From contig NC_068996.1 in the NCBI RefSeq assembly GCF_001194135.2, positions 30,276,817 to 30,337,606 of the forward strand: a stretch of DNA of 60,790 nucleotides, read 5' to 3'. The DNA is from Octopus bimaculoides. Lineage: Eukaryota. Numbering within the stretch: the first letter of the stretch is position 1; each line of letters starts with the position of its first letter. The notes beneath the pieces were generated by a model. That model saw nothing but the letters and a program-made list of their open reading frames with translations, made no database searches and was not told the DNA's origin. The position numbers were made by a program, and so were the translations under genes. Shown in pieces: positions 25,524 through 36,999 of the stretch.

Positions 25524-28500
25524 TATACAATGGGCTTCTTCCATTTTGTCTACCAGATCCACTCTTAAGGCTTTAACAGGTTGGATCTATAATAAATACT
25601 TTCTCAAGGTGTCATGCATTGAGACTAAGCCTAAATCTTATGGTTGAGAAAGACCTAACCACACACACCTTCATATGTATCCCCTTGCTTTTGTTTTTGC
25701 AATATCAGCCTAACCACACACACCTTCATATGTATCCCCTTGCTTTTGTTTTTGCAATATCAGCCTACATTTCTGTTTCTTCAACCTCAAACACTTGAGC
25801 CTTTCATGGGATAAGTAGAAGTACAGGAGTATTTGCTAGTTAACATCTAAGATCTTGCACATTCCTGACTGAAATGTGCACCAGCTTCTTGTTTATAGAT
25901 TCCTAGTTTATATAGTTGAGTCCCATCCTTTCAAACTGTCTATCTTCACTATCTTACGATGCTAGTCGTTGCTTTCAAGTATATCTTGTCATGTTCACTT
26001 CTCATTTCTCAAATCCATCTCCTCACATATCATCTTTCCTCAACATCACAAAGAACATTTTAGTTTTATTGCATGTGACAATTTCCCCCACCTTCTATGC
26101 CACCCTCTCCCCACCAAAAAAACATTGGGCTTAAGCCAGCATCTGTTCCATTGTTCAATTTTTCTTTTCCTCTTTCCCACCCCTACCACCATTATTACAG
26201 CTCCAAATATCTTTATTTGCATCTTTATTATTTCATTCTTATTTTTATTATTTTATTTTTTGTTGCTTTATTTTATTCGAGCTGTTCCAGGTTTCACCCA
26301 GGTTTCACCCAGGTTTCACCCAGGTTTCACCCAGGTTTCACCCAGGTTTCACCCAGGTTTCACCCAGCAAGTTGGACATTTTACTGTGGGTGTTATTTAT
26401 GATTACTAATGATTTAGTGTATGTTAAGGAGGCCAGAATCCAAGAACTAAGATTCTATTAAATTTGTAATGTTTCAGATTTGATACAGTTTTAAGACACT
26501 GGTATTTTCAAGTTCACAATATTTTTCTCAGGATGTGAGCAATAACTATGAGAACAATTTTTTGTAGCTCTGATATCTTGGAGGTTCCCAGTATTTGGCC
26601 ATAATGTTTAAGAGTACTTTTTAGTATTGCCCCAAAGTTCTAATGATTACAGGTACAGTTTTTTTTAGATGTCACATTTTTGTGACCTCTATTTCAAGGT
26701 CCTTAATTTACTTAATTTTCCTCATCCCAGGGTCTTACAGGCCCACACCTCCCACACCCTCAGAGTTGGCACGCTCAACGTTGGCATGCTCAATGTCGGC
26801 ACGCTGAAAGGTAGGTCTGGTGAGATTGTTGAGATGCTTGAACGGAGACATGTAGATTTGTGCTGCATCCAAGAAGTAAGGTGGAGAGGAGGTTCCGCTA
26901 GGTTCCTCACAGGCAAAGAACACAGGTACAAGATTTTCTGGGCAGGGAACACTGACAGGGTCGGGGGCGTGGGTATACTTCTTGTGGAGAAATGGGTTGA
27001 TAAAGTAATCAAGGTAGTCAGAGTATGTGACAGTACTTAAGATTAGATTAGTGCTTCACCATAGGTTAGGTACCGTTATCTCAGCCTATGCCCCTCAACC
27101 GGGGCTACTGGATGGGCAGAAAGACCAATTTTATGACACCCTATTGCAGACTACCTCATTGACGAATGGCAGGGACCTTCTCTTTGTGGCTGGTGATTTC
27201 ATTGAACATGTTGGACAACATGCAGGGGGCTTCTATGGCGTACATGGAGGCTATGGCTTCGGTTCCTGCAATGAGGAGGGAACCAGACTGCTGGAGTTCT
27301 GTGATACAAATGATCTTATGGTTTGCAATACCAACTTCAGGAAACCTGCCTGTCACCTAGTCATCTACCATTCCGGCAGACACACTTGCCAAATCAACAT
27401 CCTCACCAAAAAAAGGGAAAGAGGACTGCTTATAAATGCCAAAACCTTCCCAGGCAAAGAATGTACCCCTCAACACGGATTAGTAGTTAGCAACTTTGGT
27501 ATCAGGGCTAAATGGATGCCCAGAAGTAGGCCAGCTTGGAGGAAAAGGGTCTGGAAACTTAAAGATCCTGCAAATGGACAGAGATTTAGAGACGTGTTAC
27601 TCGAAACCTTCAACGAAACAGAAGGGGATATAGCATCAGATAATGTGGAAGACAACTGGAGGTTTCTACAGGACAACCTGCTGAGAGCCATTGAGCAGAT
27701 CTGTGGATGGTGCAAAGTCCCCTCTCAACCCAAAGTAACATGGTGGTGGAACAATGTGGTTGACAGGGCTATTAGACAAAAGAAATAGGCTTGGAAGGAC
27801 TGCAAGAACAGAGGTAGCAGGGAATTGTATCAGACTGCCAGAAGGGAAGCTAGGAGACAGGTTTATTTAGCCAGAGGCGAAGCAGATAAGAAAAAATTTG
27901 CCAATGTTCTGCACCATGAAGACCAAAGACTTGAAGTATTTCATGTTGCAAGACAGTGTGTGAGAGAGAATCGTGATGTCGTAGGAGAAAAATGTGTCTG
28001 CATGGATGATGGCTCACTTGCACTAAACGAGGCTGCAAAGAGAGAGGTTTGGAGATGCCACTATGAAAGGTTGCTCAATAAACAGAATGAATGAGAGAAA
28101 GAGAGTCTGCCGAATGTCGACCCAACAGAGGGACCAGCTATCCTAATTGACAGTACCTTGGTAGATAAAGCAATTAAGAGTATGAAAACAGGGAAAGCCC
28201 CCGGCCCATCAAGAATCACTGCAGAGATGCTCAAAATATCTGGCAGTGTCGGCTATAGCCTNNNNNNNNNNNNNNNNNNNNNNNNNNNNNNNNNNNNNNN
28301 NNNNNNNNNNNNNNNNNNNNNNNNNNNNNNNNNNNNNNNNNNNNNNNNNNNNNNNNNNNNNNNNNNNNNNNNNNNNNNNNNNNNNNNNNNNNNNNNNNNN
28401 NNNNNNNNNNNNNNNNNNNNNNNNNNNNNNNNNNNNNNNNNNNNNNNNNNNNNNNNNNNNNNNNNNNNNNNNNNNNNNNNNNNNNNNNNNNNNNNNNNNN

Positions 28501-31500
28501 NNNNNNNNNNNNNNNNNNNNNNNNNNNNNNNNNNNNNNNNNNNNNNNNNNNNNNNNNNNNNNNNNNNNNNNNNNNNNNNNNNNNNNNNNNNNNNNNNNNN
28601 NNNNNNNNNNNNNNNNNNNNNNNNNNNNNNNNNNNNNNNNNNNNNNNNNNNNNNNNNNNNNNNNNNNNNNNNNNNNNNNNNNNNNNNNNNNNNNNNNNNN
28701 NNNNNNNNNNNNNNNNNNNNNNNNNNNNNNNNNNNNNNNNNNNNNNNNNNNNNNNNNNNNNNNNNNNNNNNNNNNNNNNNNNNNNNNNNNNNNNNNNNNN
28801 NNNNNNNNNNNNNNNNNNNNNNNNNNNNNNNNNNNNNNNNNNNNNNNNNNNNNNNNNNNNNNNNNNNNNNNNNNNNNNNNNNNNNNNNNNNNNNNNNNNN
28901 NNNNNNNNNNNNNNNNNNNNNNNNNNNNNNNNNNNNNNNNNNNNNNNNNNNNNNNNNNNNNNNNNNNNNNNNNNNNNNNNNNNNNNNNNNNNNNNNNNNN
29001 NNNNNNNNNNNNNNNNNNNNNNNNNNNNNNNNNNNNNNNNNNNNNNNNNNNNNNNNNNNNNNNNNNNNNNNNNNNNNNNNNNNNNNNNNNNNNNNNNNNN
29101 CTTCTGCCACATTCCAGGGAGAAAAACTAGAAGTAGTTGATAGCTTCCGTTACCTAGGTGACCAAGTCAGTAGTGGAGGAGGGTGCGCTGAAAGTGTAGC
29201 TGCTAGAATAAAAATAGCCTGGGCAAAGTTCACAGAGCTCTTACCTCTGCTGGTGACAAAGGGCCTCTCACTCAGAGTAAAAGGCAGACTGTATGACGCA
29301 TGTGTACGAACAGCAATGCTACATGGCAGTGAAACATGGGCTATGACTGCTGAGGACATGCGTAAGCTCGAAAGGAATGAAGCCAGTATGCTCTGATGGA
29401 TGTGTAATGTCAGTGTGCATACTTGACAGTGTGTAGGTACCGTGAGAGAAAAGTTGGACTTAAGAAGCTTCAGTTGTGGTGTGCAAGAGAGATGATTGCG
29501 CTGGTATGGTCATTTGGCGAGAATGGATTGGGATAGCTGCGTGAAAAAGTGCCACACCCTAGCGGTTGAGGGTACCTGTGGAAGAGGAAGACCTGGGTTG
29601 AGGTGGTGAAGCACGATCTTTGAACATTAGGCCTCACCAAGGCAATGACTAATGACCGAGACCTTTGGAAATATGCTGTGCGTGAGAAGACCCGGCAAGA
29701 CAAGTGAGACCATAACCCATGGCCTTTACCAGGAGTGTAGCCAGCCTACTTATGCGTACCTTTCCTTCTTTGGACATAAACCCTGCTTGTGAAGACCTGT
29801 TGACGCAAGTGAAATCGAAATTGAATCAAATTCGTTGACTGGCACCCATGCCAACTTTCCTTCATTGGACACTAAACTCAGTTTGTGAAGACCTGTTGGG
29901 GCAAGTGAGATCGAAACTGAACCAAGTTTGATGACTGGCACCCGTGCCAGTGGAGCGCTAACAGCACCATCCGTGCGGGATCACTGCCAGAGCAGCGGTC
30001 TCGATCCTGTGCCAGTGGCACGTAAAAAGCACCATATGAGCGCGATATTTCCAGCTTAGCCTTACTGGCACTTGTGCCCGTGGCATATGAACAAAACATT
30101 GGATTGACTCCTGTGCAGGTGGCACATGAAATACATCATTTGAGCGTGGCCGTTGACAGTACCACTGGACTGGCCTTCATGCCGGTGGCACATAAAAAGC
30201 ACTCACTACATTCTCAGAGTAGTTGGCATTAGAAAGGGCATCCAGCTGTAGAGACTCTGCCGGATTAGATTGTAGTCTGGTGTAGTCATCTGGTTCGCCA
30301 GTACCCAGTCAAATCGTCCAACCCATGCTAGCATGGAAAGCTGACATTAAATGATGAATTTTACAAAAGTGTTTTAGTCTGCCAGGATTGACATATCTAT
30401 GAGCATACATTTTTGTCAATGTGAATTTTTATGACAATATCTGGTCTTTTGGTCTGTATTTCACAATCAGTTTGGATACTAAAGTCCCAAAGAATGGTGA
30501 TGTATTTATTTTCTACTATTTAACCTCTGAAATGTCATATGTTAGTGCAATATGTTTCTTCTAAGAATGACAAGTTCCAATTTCTTTGATAAATACATTT
30601 CCATTGTTATTATTTCCTGATAGAATTTTCACCATGTTCACAGCCATATCTTCAGATTTGTTTAGACTACAGTTGGTTGTCTATGAATTTGTTTACCATT
30701 TACTGAAAAGCTTTCTATACTACCTTGTAAATATATGGGTCAACAAAATCGTTTTGTTGTTTAGTTTTGTTTAGTAAGCGTTAGAAATTTATTAGGTTGT
30801 GGGAAATGTTTGGTGTATCCCCTTTATAATTGCTTTTACTCTGATTTGGGAGATATATGAGGAATAGAAGAGGATAAGTGAAGATTGTCGAGTTCATTTT
30901 CCCTTCACATTCTTTCTTGGTTGGAAATACATAGGAAAAATAGTAGTCATGTATATAATGACACTGTTTTGGTACTACAAAAAGCAGGCTTAGTTTTAAA
31001 ATTCTAGTACTGATAGATGCATGTGTGTATATATGTATATAGCTGAATAGTTCTTGCCTCAGTCTTCCAATCTTTAATCCAAATAATGTTATGGGCCTTC
31101 TTCAACATAGATTATGTTTTTGTAATGCAGTTCTCTATAAATATAACCTTGTTTCATACATTCAAAATTTTAAAGACCATTTTCAAAATTGGTAACAGAA
31201 TTATTAAGATGTGCAATTTTTATGGGAATAGTAAGTGACAAGACTTATTTGTTGAAGTTTTCTACTAGCAGAAAATGTGAAAAAAATATCAGTATTGAAT
31301 TTCATTCAAAATATTTTTTTTATTTTTGATGTTGATTTCTTTAAAAAATTATAACGATTTCTTAATTTTATTTCCATAAAGTTATTCTCTGGATTTTTTG
31401 ATACTCTAACTGGCAGTAAAGTGGAAAGTGAGAGTTACAAGAAAATAGCTGAAGAAATAAATGTAAAAGCTGATGAAATTATGTTCCTTACAGATAATCC

Positions 31501-34496
31501 TAAAGGCAAGTTTATATTTTGTTTATTCTTTTTCTAATCTTTCACAGTAGGATGATTTTTACAATTTTAGACAATAGCATATTTGAGCAAGCATTTTTAT
31601 AATACTGTAGGACATGGTGCTTATCGACAAACAGGCTGACTTGAGCATATGCAGTTATATTTCTTATCTTAGAGCTATAAATAGGATAAAGCAATATTTG
31701 AACTTTTGACCTTTGATTAATAAGTCAGCACCTTTATTGTATAATAATTATTCTTTAAATTGATTCTAAATATATTGTTTTATAACTGTGGCAATTTCAT
31801 TAAATATTTACTGTGTCATGAATATATTTCTCATAACTATTCAATAATGCATGGTGGAATTACTGAAAGTTGCTACTTAAGGAAGAGAGAATTGCTTCAA
31901 AGTTTATTTTTCTGATGTTGAGAAATCATTATCAAAAAGTGAAAAAAGCATTCATATATTTCCCTATAATTCTTTTATTTTTTTCATGAGATAAAAGTCT
32001 TTGAAGTGTCTAGTAGCTGTGGATGGCACTATTTCCTCCTCTTTCTGGACTGATCAACATGACATAACTTAATATTTTAAAATTAGTTCATCTAAATTCA
32101 TTTAAAAATTAAAAACAATTTATTTGTTTTTTCTTTACTTTTTCCTTCTAACAGTGGAGAAAAGAAAAGAAGGGAAGATAGAGGGAGAGAAACTTTTTAC
32201 ATGTTTTTGAAATATCTTGCATATTTTTTCAAAGTACATTTGATTGCTTTCTCTATTTTCTTAATGCTAGTTTTTCAGCTAAATTATTTGAAAAGATATG
32301 AGACTTAAAGAAAAAGGGATAAAAGAGCACCAGAATGAACGTAGGGCTAGATTCTCCAGCAAATGCCTATATAGATTTACTAACCATGCTATGTTAATTT
32401 CCATATAACTTTGTAATTATCACATCCTTAGACTATTATGTTTTTCTTTTGTTTTGAGGTTATTTACCTTTTTCCTTTAAGTTCATATGATATATCAAGC
32501 ACTTATTGAAGCTCGGATGATTGTGTATTTCTTCTGTAAACTGCCATTTCATCTTGTCCTAAAATTGTTTGTAATTAGCAATCAACAACAAATATTTTAT
32601 TTTAAATGCTGGTCAAATGAACAAGTTCAATATATAGTCAAATAAGTTGCCAACTTTGTCCTCTGCTGATAAAAAAATTGTTCTTCTATGCTCAATTCTT
32701 GAGTAACACAAATTATTTTTATTTTGAAGCTAATTATTATGGAAATATTTTGAAGTTGAAAGTCAGGTGAAAAATATCTAATCAATACATCTATAATGTG
32801 TGTGTGTGTTATGCTGAATATATGCTGTTTTAATACATTCGCATGTACAGCAGAACTGACTACAATTATTCAAAAGTAAAACTATGCAACTCCTTTCATG
32901 AAAATTATAATTGAAAACCAGCTTAAACTGAAAAGTAGCCTATCTGACATCATGGCTATGTAGGTAATTCATTTACAAGTGATCAGTTAACTATCTCTGT
33001 AACAGTGGTTTGCTCAAGCTGGAAGATATTTGAAGAATGCAGATAACTCAAGACAATATAATAAAATGATAGCATCAGTTGTATTACAGGACTCCAGAAG
33101 CCTTGATATTTGTTCATTTTTTTAAAAATTGTCATCACTGCTTCTATGCATTGATACTAGAAAAATCAAGGCTCTTAGGGTTTTAAGATGCACATCACCT
33201 TTGCCAAATGAACTTTGTACTTATCAGGAGATAAGGCAGGCTCGGAATGTGAATAATAGATTCTCTCCTGTTGAGGAATATATCAATGCACACCTCAGAA
33301 TAGGACTGTAGATTGTAACTTCAGGTTGAAGGCAAAGAAAATTGGGAAACAAATGACAAATGAAAGAAAGATATGCGATTTTACTGTTACACTAAATTTC
33401 CATTTCATATCATATGTTCTCATCTTCACAGAGATAGAGAACAAAGGGATTTTCTGTATGATATTGATAGTATTCAAATGGATAGAGCAATTCTATGCCA
33501 GGAGCAGATGATGATGAAGTAGTGCTAAAAGACCTAAGTGGTAGGCCTGGAAAGAGAAGAGTTGTAGGGGGCTAGGCTGGAAGAGCAATGATCAGTTTAT
33601 CAAGATAGGATAGAAGCTAAGAGTAAATTTACAGGCAACAAAACAGTAATATAGTATTGGGGATAAGCTTGTAACAACTAAGTGACTGGTGTGGAAAGGG
33701 TGACAAGCAGCGATATCAGGAATGACTAAATAGGAAGCTAAGTTTAGGTGGTTGATTGATGTTCTAAATTGTATAAGGATCATGTATTTTCAATTGCAGA
33801 TTATGTGTTTGTATGAAGTGGTAACAAATATGTGGTGAACAGAGGTTTTATTATATGAACTTGTTGAATAAGAAATAGAAGAGATATTGTAAGAATCTAT
33901 ATTTTGAGGAACCAATAGAGAGGTCACCTCAAACATGATTAATAAGGTAATCAAGTAGCTGAAATCAAAGGAAGTTATAGTTTACCTTGCTATAGCTGCT
34001 AAAATAATCCAAGCATATGATTGTGAGATATAAACACTGGATGCAGATTTGCTGAAACTGGATACAATAGAATATGGTGAGTATGAACCAGTTGATGAAT
34101 AATGTTAACCTGCATAAAAAACAATGCTAGTGATATGTGAAAGCTGCTGGATGTTATCAGCATTGTCCAAAGGGTACTAGTAAGAAGACTATACTTTATG
34201 ATGGAAAGTATATGTTGAAAAATTACTTTAACTTATTGGAAATGTTAAATGGAGTGTCATTCTTGCGATAGTTTGTCATAGTAATCCTTAATATGTTTTG
34301 CTTCTATTCAACAGAAGCTGCAGCGGCAACATCTGCTGGTATTAAGTGTTATATTGTTATACGAGATGGAAATGAAGCACTATCTGAAGATGATCTCAGT
34401 AAATTCTGTACAATTCATAGTTTCACTGAACTTATGAACAACGAAGAATCAAAACCCCCAGTTTCTAAAAAGAAGAACTTAAAAACTGAGGAATAA
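10975..34496 (+). CDS. ENOPH1: Enolase-phosphatase E1 (HAD family, methionine salvage); spliced exons 2-6, first coding exon not in view
   Basis: Five exons (102+197+133+124+182 = 738 nt) join in frame to 245 aa plus TAA. Family motifs seen: [48 protein letters not shown], SFTEL. Confidence 0.95.
12599..12795 (+). CDS. ENOPH1: ENOPH1 coding exon 3
   Basis: Boundaries tgttccag| and |gtatgt. Encodes AKQDEES...[34 protein letters not shown](E); ends phase 2. Confidence 0.95.
13676..14095 (-). mobile_element. RTE family 1 3' UTR fragment
   Basis: Reverse complement of the 30200-30357 tail; begins (cat)n cgtttaacgtctgctttccatgctagcatgg. Confidence 0.9.
14800..15900 (+). mobile_element. Heavily degenerate RTE family 1 internal fragment
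   Basis: Similar to 27860-28240 (ttcctaatgtggatccaacagagag). Contains FIDLEKTFDRV and LLYTDDLIL (decayed YADD). Confidence 0.7.
16600..17600 (+). mobile_element. Internally deleted mariner (Hsmar/SETMAR-like) transposon
   Basis: Degenerate TIRs: tacaagggtaagctggaaagttcatag, and rc tacaatagttggtcaaaaagttcatatg. TA ends. Transposase remnants GEYFTNLLRQLEKAIK...VLLHQDN...HSPYSLNLAPS. Confidence 0.85.
17740..17925 (+). mobile_element. Diverged RTE family 1 3' end
   Basis: Contains ggtggcacaaaaaatacaccc...ccatgccagcatggaaa...aatgatgatgatg. Confidence 0.65.
19154..19286 (+). CDS. ENOPH1: ENOPH1 coding exon 4
   Basis: Boundaries tttgttcag| and |gtgagc. Encodes [44 protein letters not shown]. Confidence 0.95.
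20370..20733. repeat. Imperfect tandem duplication, period ~232 bp
   Basis: cacttgaccatttaacatcctactactatcat occurs twice, with similar flanks. Confidence 0.8.
20795..21186 (+). mobile_element. Full-length tRNA-derived SINE (resembles octopus CORE-type OR SINEs)
   Basis: A-box-like gtggctgtgtggt, B-box ggttcagtccc (20849-20859), CORE-like gcaccttgggcaagtg, internal (TA)/(TG) tract, tail gaaacaagtaaaagag. Several paralogues in the window. Confidence 0.9.
21401..23894 (+). mobile_element. 5'-truncated Penelope-like element (RT C-terminus + GIY-YIG) with an inverted terminal segment
   Basis: ORF 21474-22466 reads HPRHITSNLVRSISIKLSKLSSNSQIFNKEADFYNSALLKAGY and NVVYQCKV...FYVGSS...KRISNH. After a frameshift at ~22463 it continues LSKFIWELKD...EWSIL...FCPLCNLE...CQH, stopping at ~22690. 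21401-21528 is the reverse complement of 23767-23894. Confidence 0.9.
23754..23848 (+). ncRNA. Type I hammerhead ribozyme (Penelope-associated)
   Basis: Stem I UUGGUUCC (23754-61) pairs with GGAAUUAA (23841-48). Core CUGACGA at 23762-68. Stem II is 13+6 bp (23770-88 / 23805-27). GAAA at 23829-32; palindromic stem III ACAUAUGU; cleavage triplet GUA at 23838-40. Confidence 0.85.
24113..24365 (-). mobile_element. RTE-BovB-like (family 2) RT fragment
   Basis: Encodes SIIRDLLYADDCDLV...FGLGISLDKTVVMFQP; near-identical to 43640-43890. Confidence 0.9.
24450..24730 (-). mobile_element. RTE family 1 fragment
   Basis: Reverse complement matches 28030-28230 (DKAIK.MKSEKVPGPPGIT). Confidence 0.75.
25654..25767. 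repeat. Perfect 55-bp tandem duplication
   Basis: cctaaccacacacaccttcatatgtatccccttgcttttgtttttgcaatatcag occurs twice (25654-25708 and 25709-25763). Confidence 0.95.
26287..26367. repeat. 11-bp minisatellite (GTTTCACCCAG)x7
   Basis: Seven identical units from 26291 to 26367. Confidence 0.95.
26730..30357 (+). mobile_element. Near full-length RTE-clade LINE (family 1), disrupted; RT core in an N-gap
   Basis: APE: TLRVGTLNVG...DLCCIQEVRW, SAYAPQ, VAGDF. RT flanks: KTGKAPGPSRITAE and VDSFRYLG...LHGSETW. The 3' UTR ends ccatgctagcatgg...atgatg. Stops and frameshifts present. Confidence 0.92.
31382..31505 (+). CDS. ENOPH1: ENOPH1 coding exon 5 (GC donor)
   Basis: Acceptor tttccataaag|. Encodes [41 protein letters not shown] plus 1 nt, then |gcaagt. 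The phase matches exon 6. Confidence 0.9.
34315..34496 (+). CDS. ENOPH1: ENOPH1 last coding exon
   Basis: Acceptor ctattcaacag|. Encodes (E)AAAATSAGIKCYIVIRDGNEALSEDDLSKFCTIHSFTELMNNEESKPPVSKKKNLKTEE*. Confidence 0.93.
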
Positions 34497-34685
34497 AGCA
34501 AATTTCTACAGGTTTTTTAAATTTCATTATGTAAACTGATTTTCAGAAAGAAATTCATTATTGTTGTAAAGCATATATAGTAGATCAGTGATTCAAACTC
34601 ACCTTCTATCATTATAATTTGTATTTTATGTAAGTTACTCAGATACCAGACTATATCTGAGTTAATGAAAGCAAGCTTTTTTTAA

Positions 34686-34691
34686 AATAAA
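34686..34691 (+). terminator. Candidate ENOPH1 polyadenylation signal
   Basis: AATAAA ~190 nt after the stop codon, followed by T-rich sequence. Confidence 0.5.
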
Positions 34692-36589
34692 AATCAACTT
34701 TTGCTTTACATTTTATTATTGCAGTCTCTACTTATTATTACTGTTGTCACATTTGGGACAGATCTGGCTTTCAACTGAATCCATTGTGAAGATTGCCCTG
34801 CCGCCTTCTTTTAACTGGGAAGAGCATGCAATTTTTATATGCTTGGTGGCCATGGCAAAAGAGGTTGTATGATGGTTGTGATTGAAGAGGCTGAAGACAT
34901 ATACTTTTCCTTCATCAACTTCAAGTTTCACTTGAAAGGTAAAGTAAGTGGAGAGAGGGAAATGGTACCTTCCAACAATTTTGTTGAAAGATGGATGAGA
35001 GTAGTAAATATGGTACAAGTGAATGGGCTTGCCCTAAGCATACACCTGTAAACTGGAGATAAGGAACTGAGAAAAGGCACCTGCCCCAGAAGTCAGGACA
35101 TCTGTGGTTTTATGGGGTTTTTCAATGAGCAGTCCTTAAATGTCTCTTCTCTATTGAGGAATTCTCATTGTTTAAACTAATTATTTTCTTTTTCATTCTT
35201 TTCTTTTTTTTTTTTTTGTTAAACCTATTCACATGTAAAACCCTCAGACCAACACGTGCACACACATACACACCCACCCAATGTTTTGTTCTGTGCCGTC
35301 CTTAATGTTTTTCTTACATTCAGAATCTTTCTTAGGAATCATGCAGAATATGGGATGGTACTTTTCTGCAGATCTATAGTGTGATTCTTAATTCCAATAT
35401 CTTTCAGTCTTTTAGATTGCATTTCAGGAATTGTGTTAAGTGCACCAATTACCTCAAGAATAATTATCGTACTCTACTGCAGTCTCTTCAGCTGTCTGGC
35501 TAGATCCTGATATTTCTCAATTTTTTTTCAATTTTTTTGGTATCAGCTCTGCTCGTCATTATCATCATCATCATCATCTATTTTCCATGCTGGCATGGTT
35601 TGGACGGTTTGACAGCAGTTGCTCATCAATATCATCATCATCATCGCCATCATACATCTGTTTTCCATGCTGGACAGTTTGACAGCAGTTGGTAAAGCTG
35701 GGGGCTGCATCAGGCTCCATTGTCTGTTTTGACATGGTTTCAGTGTCTAATGCCAACCATTTTACGGAGTGTACTGGTTGCTTTTTACATGGCACTAGCA
35801 GCAGTGCACCAGCACTGACAGTCACAAAGTACCTTGCAAGACAAAGAACCCTCAACTGGGAGTGGGGAGTAGTATTTAGGGATTGCGGATTTGTCAGTTG
35901 AGAGATTAAATTTATAGAGGGACAGAGATAGGTGTCTTTCTGTAGTGTAGATACATGGGTCCCCCAGTTGGAAAAGAAAGGAGAGCAAGGTAAAGAGTAG
36001 GATACAGAAAGCAATAGTGAGAGAGATGATGGCATAGACATGCATGCAAGGGATATTGAGGGTGATGAGACTAGATGAGGTGACACAGAGGTTTAGACTG
36101 GGTGGGTGGATGGGTAGGACAGAGGTTACAGTAGCAAATGATGGAGAGAAATATAAGAGAGGCTTGGGGGTGGAGTTTGCAGTACATATGTGAGGGTATT
36201 GAAGGTAATAGCAGGTAAGAGAGGTATTGATAATGGAGAAGAGAAGGTGCAGAAAGGAAGTGATTAGTGGAGACAGTACACAGTGGAAGATAATGAGAAA
36301 TGGAAGTAGTCTGGGGTCGGGGAAAAGAGGTCACTGAGAAAACCAGTGAAGGAATGTAGTATGTGCCTTTTCTGATCTCAGGGGATAAAGACATGATGGG
36401 TATTAGAGGATGAAATGTGGTGGGGATGGGGAAGAGCCCCTTATGGACAAGCATTACCAAGATGGTTTTAGGACTTCCGTTCTGCTATGGTGGGCATGTC
36501 TTCTTGAGTGAAGCAAGGTGCCAGATATCTCAGTCCTTTCTCATTTACTTTGTAAGGCTTAGCATTTGGAGATTGACCTTCTATAATGC

Positions 36590-36996
36590 CAACGTCGTCT
36601 CCTTCATTGGACACTAAACTCGGCTTGCGAAGACCTGTTGGGGCAAGCGAAAGTGAAATCATGATGGCACCTGTGCCCAGCGTCACCTTCCTGGCACGTG
36701 TAAAGACAATCAAGCGAGATCTTTGCCAGTGCCACTGGACTGGCTCCTGTGAAGGTGGCACGTAAAATACACCATTTTGAGCGTTGCCAGTACTGCCTGA
36801 CTGGCCTTCGTGCTGGTGGCACGTAAAAGCACCCACTACACTCTCGGAGTGGTTGAAGTTAGGAAGGGCATCCAGCTGTAGAAACTCTGCCAGATCAGAT
36901 TGGAGCCTGGTGTAGCCTTCTGGTTCACCAGTCCTCAGTCAAATCATCCAACCCATGCTAGCATGGAAAGCGGATGTTAAACGATGATGATGATGT
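36590..36996 (+). mobile_element. RTE family 1 3' UTR copy
   Basis: Matches 29860-30357; (GAT)n tail. Confidence 0.9.
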
Positions 36997-36999
36997 TAG

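Noticed and set aside
26287-26367. 11-mer array as CRISPR or telomeric repeat
   Set aside because: No spacers, eukaryotic context, no cas genes, and not TTAGGG.
28231-29130. Long ORFs spanning N-runs (also 46989-48185, 53248-54246)
   Set aside because: Artefacts of gaps translated as X.
34492-34497. AATAAA overlapping the ENOPH1 stop codon as the poly(A) signal
   Set aside because: It would leave almost no 3' UTR. The signal at 34686 has better downstream context, though neither is proven.
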